Shown here piece after piece: positions 60,951-64,000 of a DNA stretch of 64,000 nt (positions are counted from its first letter, which is position 1; every line of letters begins with the position of its first letter). This stretch comes from Chloroflexota bacterium (GTDB lineage Bacteria; Chloroflexota; Limnocylindria; Limnocylindrales; CSP1-4). The stretch spans positions 3,655 through 67,654 of the forward strand of contig JBHOQO010000139.1 in NCBI GenBank assembly GCA_042408925.1, read 5' to 3'. A program made the position numbers and the translations under genes. A model generated the notes under the pieces. It was not told where the DNA came from and ran no database searches. It worked only from the letters and a program-made list of their open reading frames with translations.

Positions 60951-61086
60951 CCCACCCGCCGCCTCCGCCGGAGGACGAACGGCTCTGGCGGTCCCCGAGG
61001 CTCGAAGCTCGGAGGCGCGAGCCTCGGAAACGGTCGGCGGTGCCGTCGTTGCCAGCGTCCTCTTCGTCCTCGAACGGCCGGGCCTC

Positions 61087-61980
61087 GTGCCCCTCGGCCT
61101 GGCCGGTTTCCTCGTCCGGGGCGGCATCGTCCCACTCCTCCTGCCCATCGTCGTCTTGCCGACGCCCGTCGGTTTGGCCACGATCTTCGGGCCCGACATC
61201 GTCTCCGTTGCCCTCGCCGGGCCGAACCCGGGCATCATCCGGCTGGCGATCATCGGCACCCTCATCGCCGGCCTCTGGCTCGTCGCCAGCGGCGTCCTCG
61301 GCGCGGCTACCGACGTGGCCCTCATCGAGGCGGCTGGGGAAGCGCGCCAGGAGCGGTTCGAGGCTGTCGGGGCGGCGATGGAGGGACTGAGTCGAAGGCG
61401 TCTCATCGTCCGGGTGGCCATCGTTCGCTGGCTCGCTCACCTCCCCCTCGTCGTCGCCCTGGCCTGGGGGGTCGTGCGGATCATTGAGGCGACGTACGCC
61501 GAGCTCGTCCTCCCCTCGGACACGGCGACCCCGCTCGTCCTCCGGGTCCTCGCCGCGAGCCCCGATGCCGTCACGGCTGTCGCCCTCGCCTGGCTCGTCG
61601 GCGAGACGTGGGGCGGCCTGGCTGCCCGCTTCGTCGTCCTTGGCGGTCGCTCGGTCGTTGGCTCCCTCTGGGCAGGGCTTCGATGGCTCGCCGTCGCTCC
61701 GCTGCGCGGGTTGGCGACCATGGTCGTCACGATGGTCGTGCTCGGCCTCGTCGTCGGGGCCGGGATCGCTGGCTCCTCGACGGTCTGGTCGAGCCTCCGG
61801 CCGATCGTCCGCATTGACCCGGGCGGTTTCGGCATGGGGGCGGCGGTGCTCCTCCTCGTCGGAGTCTGGCTCGTCGGGGCCGCCGTCGTGGGGCTGATCG
61901 TGACCTGGCGAGCCGTCGTGTGGAGTCTCGTCGTCGACGTCGGGACGGAGCGGCACCGCCCCGGGAACCCGATCCGGTGA
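61087..61980 (+). CDS. Hypothetical polytopic membrane protein
   Basis: Multiple hydrophobic helices (GLAGFLVRGGIVPLLLPIVVLPTPVGL..., LAIIGTLIAGLWLVASGVLGAA...). The start is uncertain. Confidence 0.3.
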   Translation: MPLGLAGFLVRGGIVPLLLPIVVLPTPVGLATIFGPDIVSVALAGPNPGIIRLAIIGTLIAGLWLVASGVLGAATDVALIEAAGEARQERFEAVGAAMEGLSRRRLIVRVAIVRWLAHLPLVVALAWGVVRIIEATYAELVLPSDTATPLVLRVLAASPDAVTAVALAWLVGETWGGLAARFVVLGGRSVVGSLWAGLRWLAVAPLRGLATMVVTMVVLGLVVGAGIAGSSTVWSSLRPIVRIDPGGFGMGAAVLLLVGVWLVGAAVVGLIVTWRAVVWSLVVDVGTERHRPGNPIR

Positions 61981-62095
61981 TGAGACGAGGGAGCCAGGGC
62001 GCCGGATCCGAAAGGGGCCACTTCCGTCGGCGGCTCGGATCTGGCAGGCTTGTCCTGGCCTCGGCGAACGACGATCCGCCGGGGATGCGGAGGAT

Positions 62096-63013
62096 GTGAT
62101 GACGAGCGCCATGAAATGCCCGGCGTGCGGCAGCTCGGTCGCCAGCGGTCGCCTCTCGTGCCCGGCCTGCGGGGCGATCCTGGCCGCCGTCCGGGGTGGG
62201 CCGCGGGACGTCAGTCTGACCGGTGCTGGCCGTTCGAGCGGCCCGGCATCGTCGGCAACAGGGCCTCCGACCGAAGCGACCGCTGGTCAAGGCCCGAGCC
62301 CGGCGAGTGACCTCGCCGGCAGCTCCGCGCCGCCACCTCCCAGGGTCGACCGAGCGCTCGGCCTCGGACCGCCGCCGATTCGCCGCGATTGGGCAGGACC
62401 CGAGCCCTCCTCCGCGCTCGCCGAGTCGGTGCCCGGGTCCTATCTGCCGCCGAGCGCGATCTCCTCGTCGCCGCGAGCCGAACCGTCCCCATCCGCCTCG
62501 CTGGGCCGGGGCGAGACCCAGGCGTCCGGGGTGCCGGTCACACCGGGCGGCACCCCGGGCTCGAGCTCCATGGGGCGACCCTCCGCCCTCACCCTCCGCG
62601 CGCTCGGAGAGCCGACGGCGAGCTGGCTCGTCGTCGCCGGCTCGGCCCTCGGGCTCGTCGCCTTCCTCTTGCCCTGGTCCCCGAACGGGGTCATCGGCAG
62701 CCCGGGCGACGGGGGCTACCTCGGCCGGTGGGGACTGGCGAACGGTGCCTACATCGTCGTCATGGCGGCCGCCTTCGGCTGTCTCGCCGTCCAACTGCTG
62801 GAGACGCGGTTGCCGGCCGCCGTGCGCGACGGCGTCCTCCCGCTCGCCCTCGGGGGCTTCCTCCTCGGCCTGGCGTGGACCTACGTCGCGGGGCCCTTCG
62901 GAGCGGACCTCGGTGTCCAGGCGACCATCGTCGGCGGCCTCCTTCTCGTCCTGGGCGGCGGCCTTGGGGTCCGGACCGCGGCGTCACGCTCGGCCGGACC
63001 TCCCACGTCGTAA
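62096..63013 (+). CDS. Zinc-ribbon membrane protein (N-terminal double C-x2-C, Pro/Ser-rich linker, C-terminal TM helices)
   Basis: MMTSAMKCPACGSSVASGRLSCPACGAIL; C-terminal hydrophobic helices. Confidence 0.45.
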   Translation: MMTSAMKCPACGSSVASGRLSCPACGAILAAVRGGPRDVSLTGAGRSSGPASSATGPPTEATAGQGPSPASDLAGSSAPPPPRVDRALGLGPPPIRRDWAGPEPSSALAESVPGSYLPPSAISSSPRAEPSPSASLGRGETQASGVPVTPGGTPGSSSMGRPSALTLRALGEPTASWLVVAGSALGLVAFLLPWSPNGVIGSPGDGGYLGRWGLANGAYIVVMAAAFGCLAVQLLETRLPAAVRDGVLPLALGGFLLGLAWTYVAGPFGADLGVQATIVGGLLLVLGGGLGVRTAASRSAGPPTS

Positions 63014-63103
63014 GGCAGACGAGCAAGCCGCCGCTCGCCTGTTACACTGCCCGGCAGCCGTCTTCCGGGCAGGAGCGGCGGGCACGGAGGCACCTGGCCC
63101 CTG

Positions 63104-63796
63104 ATGATCGATCTTCAACCGCTCTTCGACTCGATCGGCGAGATCCTCGCCAGCCCGATCGTCCAGCTCGCCGTCCAGGCGACGGCGCTCTACGTCGTCG
63201 TCGTCTGGCTGGCGGCAGCGTACTGGGCCTTCCGCGACATGCAGCTTCGGACGGAGAACCCGATCCTGCCCTATGTGGCTGCGAGCTTCATCGTCCTCTT
63301 CACGCCGGTCTTCTTTCCCCTCGCCGTCTTCGTCTACCGGGTCATCCGACCACAGGAGAAGATCGACGAGGTGTACGAACGGACGCTGGCCGAGGAAGCG
63401 CTCCTCAACGAGGTCGAAGCCGTTCCCCACTGCCCGACCTGCCAGCGGCGCGTCCATCCGGAGTGGATCATCTGCCCGACCTGCCGGACCCGGCTGAACC
63501 GGGTCTGCCCGAACTGCTCCCGCCTCGTCGGCCTCGACTGGTCCCTTTGCGCCTGGTGTGGCAAGGACTTCGAGCGGCGCGATGTCGTGGCGGCGACCCT
63601 CGAGCCGCTGCCGGGCGGGCGCGAGGCGCTTCCGGCGGGTCGGGCGAGCCCGCTCCCGCGACTCGCCAGCGACCCGACGGCCGCCCTCGCCGCCGGGAAC
63701 GGCCCCGTCGACGTCGAGGCGCGAACGGGGATCCGCGCGAGCACCCGGCGCTCGGCCCGATCGGCCGGCTCGGCTGACCCACTCCCGGAGCGTTGA
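63104..63796 (+). CDS. Membrane protein with double zinc-ribbon
   Basis: Two TM helices, then CPTCQRRVHPEWIICPTCRTRL and CPNCSRLVGLDWSLCAWCG. Confidence 0.5.
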   Translation: MIDLQPLFDSIGEILASPIVQLAVQATALYVVVVWLAAAYWAFRDMQLRTENPILPYVAASFIVLFTPVFFPLAVFVYRVIRPQEKIDEVYERTLAEEALLNEVEAVPHCPTCQRRVHPEWIICPTCRTRLNRVCPNCSRLVGLDWSLCAWCGKDFERRDVVAATLEPLPGGREALPAGRASPLPRLASDPTAALAAGNGPVDVEARTGIRASTRRSARSAGSADPLPER

Positions 63797-64000
63797 CCGG
63801 GTCGGAGCGACGTCCCGAAGGCTCGACGAGCTCCCGGCGCCGACCTCCCGGCCTCTTTTCCTTCACCATCGAGGGTCGACGGGCGCCCGGTCTCTTCGTC
63901 GTCGGCTGGCTGGCGTCGGTCGCCGGGGCAGGGCTTCTCATCGTCGGGCTCGGAGCAAGCGGCTTCCCGGCGACCGTTCTCGGCCTCGCGGGGCTGGCGG

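Overview
**Window overview.** This is a very GC-rich bacterial chromosomal window (roughly 70% or more G+C). That is consistent with an actinobacterial-type genome such as Rubrobacteria or Thermoleophilia, but the taxon is only an inference. GC richness makes all six frames throw long spurious ORFs, so I called genes only where the translated protein shows recognisable family motifs.

**Core content.**
- Housekeeping: the 3' end of lysA, nth, galE, a CCA-adding enzyme, tsaC/sua5, pdxS-pdxT, TldD-PmbA, tmk, darA, guaB3 and guaA.
- Leucine catabolism (liu): HMG-CoA lyase, a methylcrotonyl-CoA carboxylase alpha subunit carrying an N-terminal MerR/excisionase-type HTH, an enoyl-CoA hydratase, and a distant methylcrotonyl-CoA carboxylase beta subunit.
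- An OmpR-type two-component system next to an orphan Tad pseudopilin module (TadE, TadE-PKD, TadG-like).
- Two toxin-antitoxin loci: Phd-VapC, and an AbrB-type antitoxin with a truncated PIN remnant.
- A GAF-GGDEF cyclase divergent from the c-di-AMP receptor gene darA.
- A large UPF0182 membrane protein and an MFS transporter.

**Most unusual locus.** On the minus strand at 7.85-13.4 kb sits a translationally coupled operon (GTGA stop/start overlaps). It encodes, in order: a GT81-family (GpgS/MpgS-like) glycosyltransferase paralog with a long C-terminal extension; a fusion of two universal-stress-protein domains to a bona fide glucosyl-3-phosphoglycerate synthase (GpgS); a GlxK-type glycerate kinase; and endonuclease III. 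Immediately upstream of this operon is an ATP-dependent-ligase-like protein whose catalytic KxDG motif is degenerate (LWEG).

**Other notable features.**
- Several intergenic arrays of motifs with about 51-bp periodicity. One is a 6-unit array of CATTC-N7-8-GAATG palindromes. Another is a family of 22-bp motifs (consensus roughly GTGACGSC-TRGCTGGACA) present in both orientations at two or more loci.
- A low-GC islet (about 29.1-30.5 kb) encoding a secreted Trp/Tyr/Gly-rich protein with 4 Cys and a small membrane protein.
- A 90-bp tandem duplication of the 3' end of tsaC.
- A MoaD/ThiS-like protein ending in GG-DG, coupled to a BNR/Ycf48-like protein.
- Recurrent in-frame 17-18-bp tandem repeats inside coding regions.

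**Coordinate caveat.** My hand-indexing of bases disagreed with the ORF track by 1 nt near 12.0 kb. Gene starts I moved inward from track ORFs are approximate to within a few nt.
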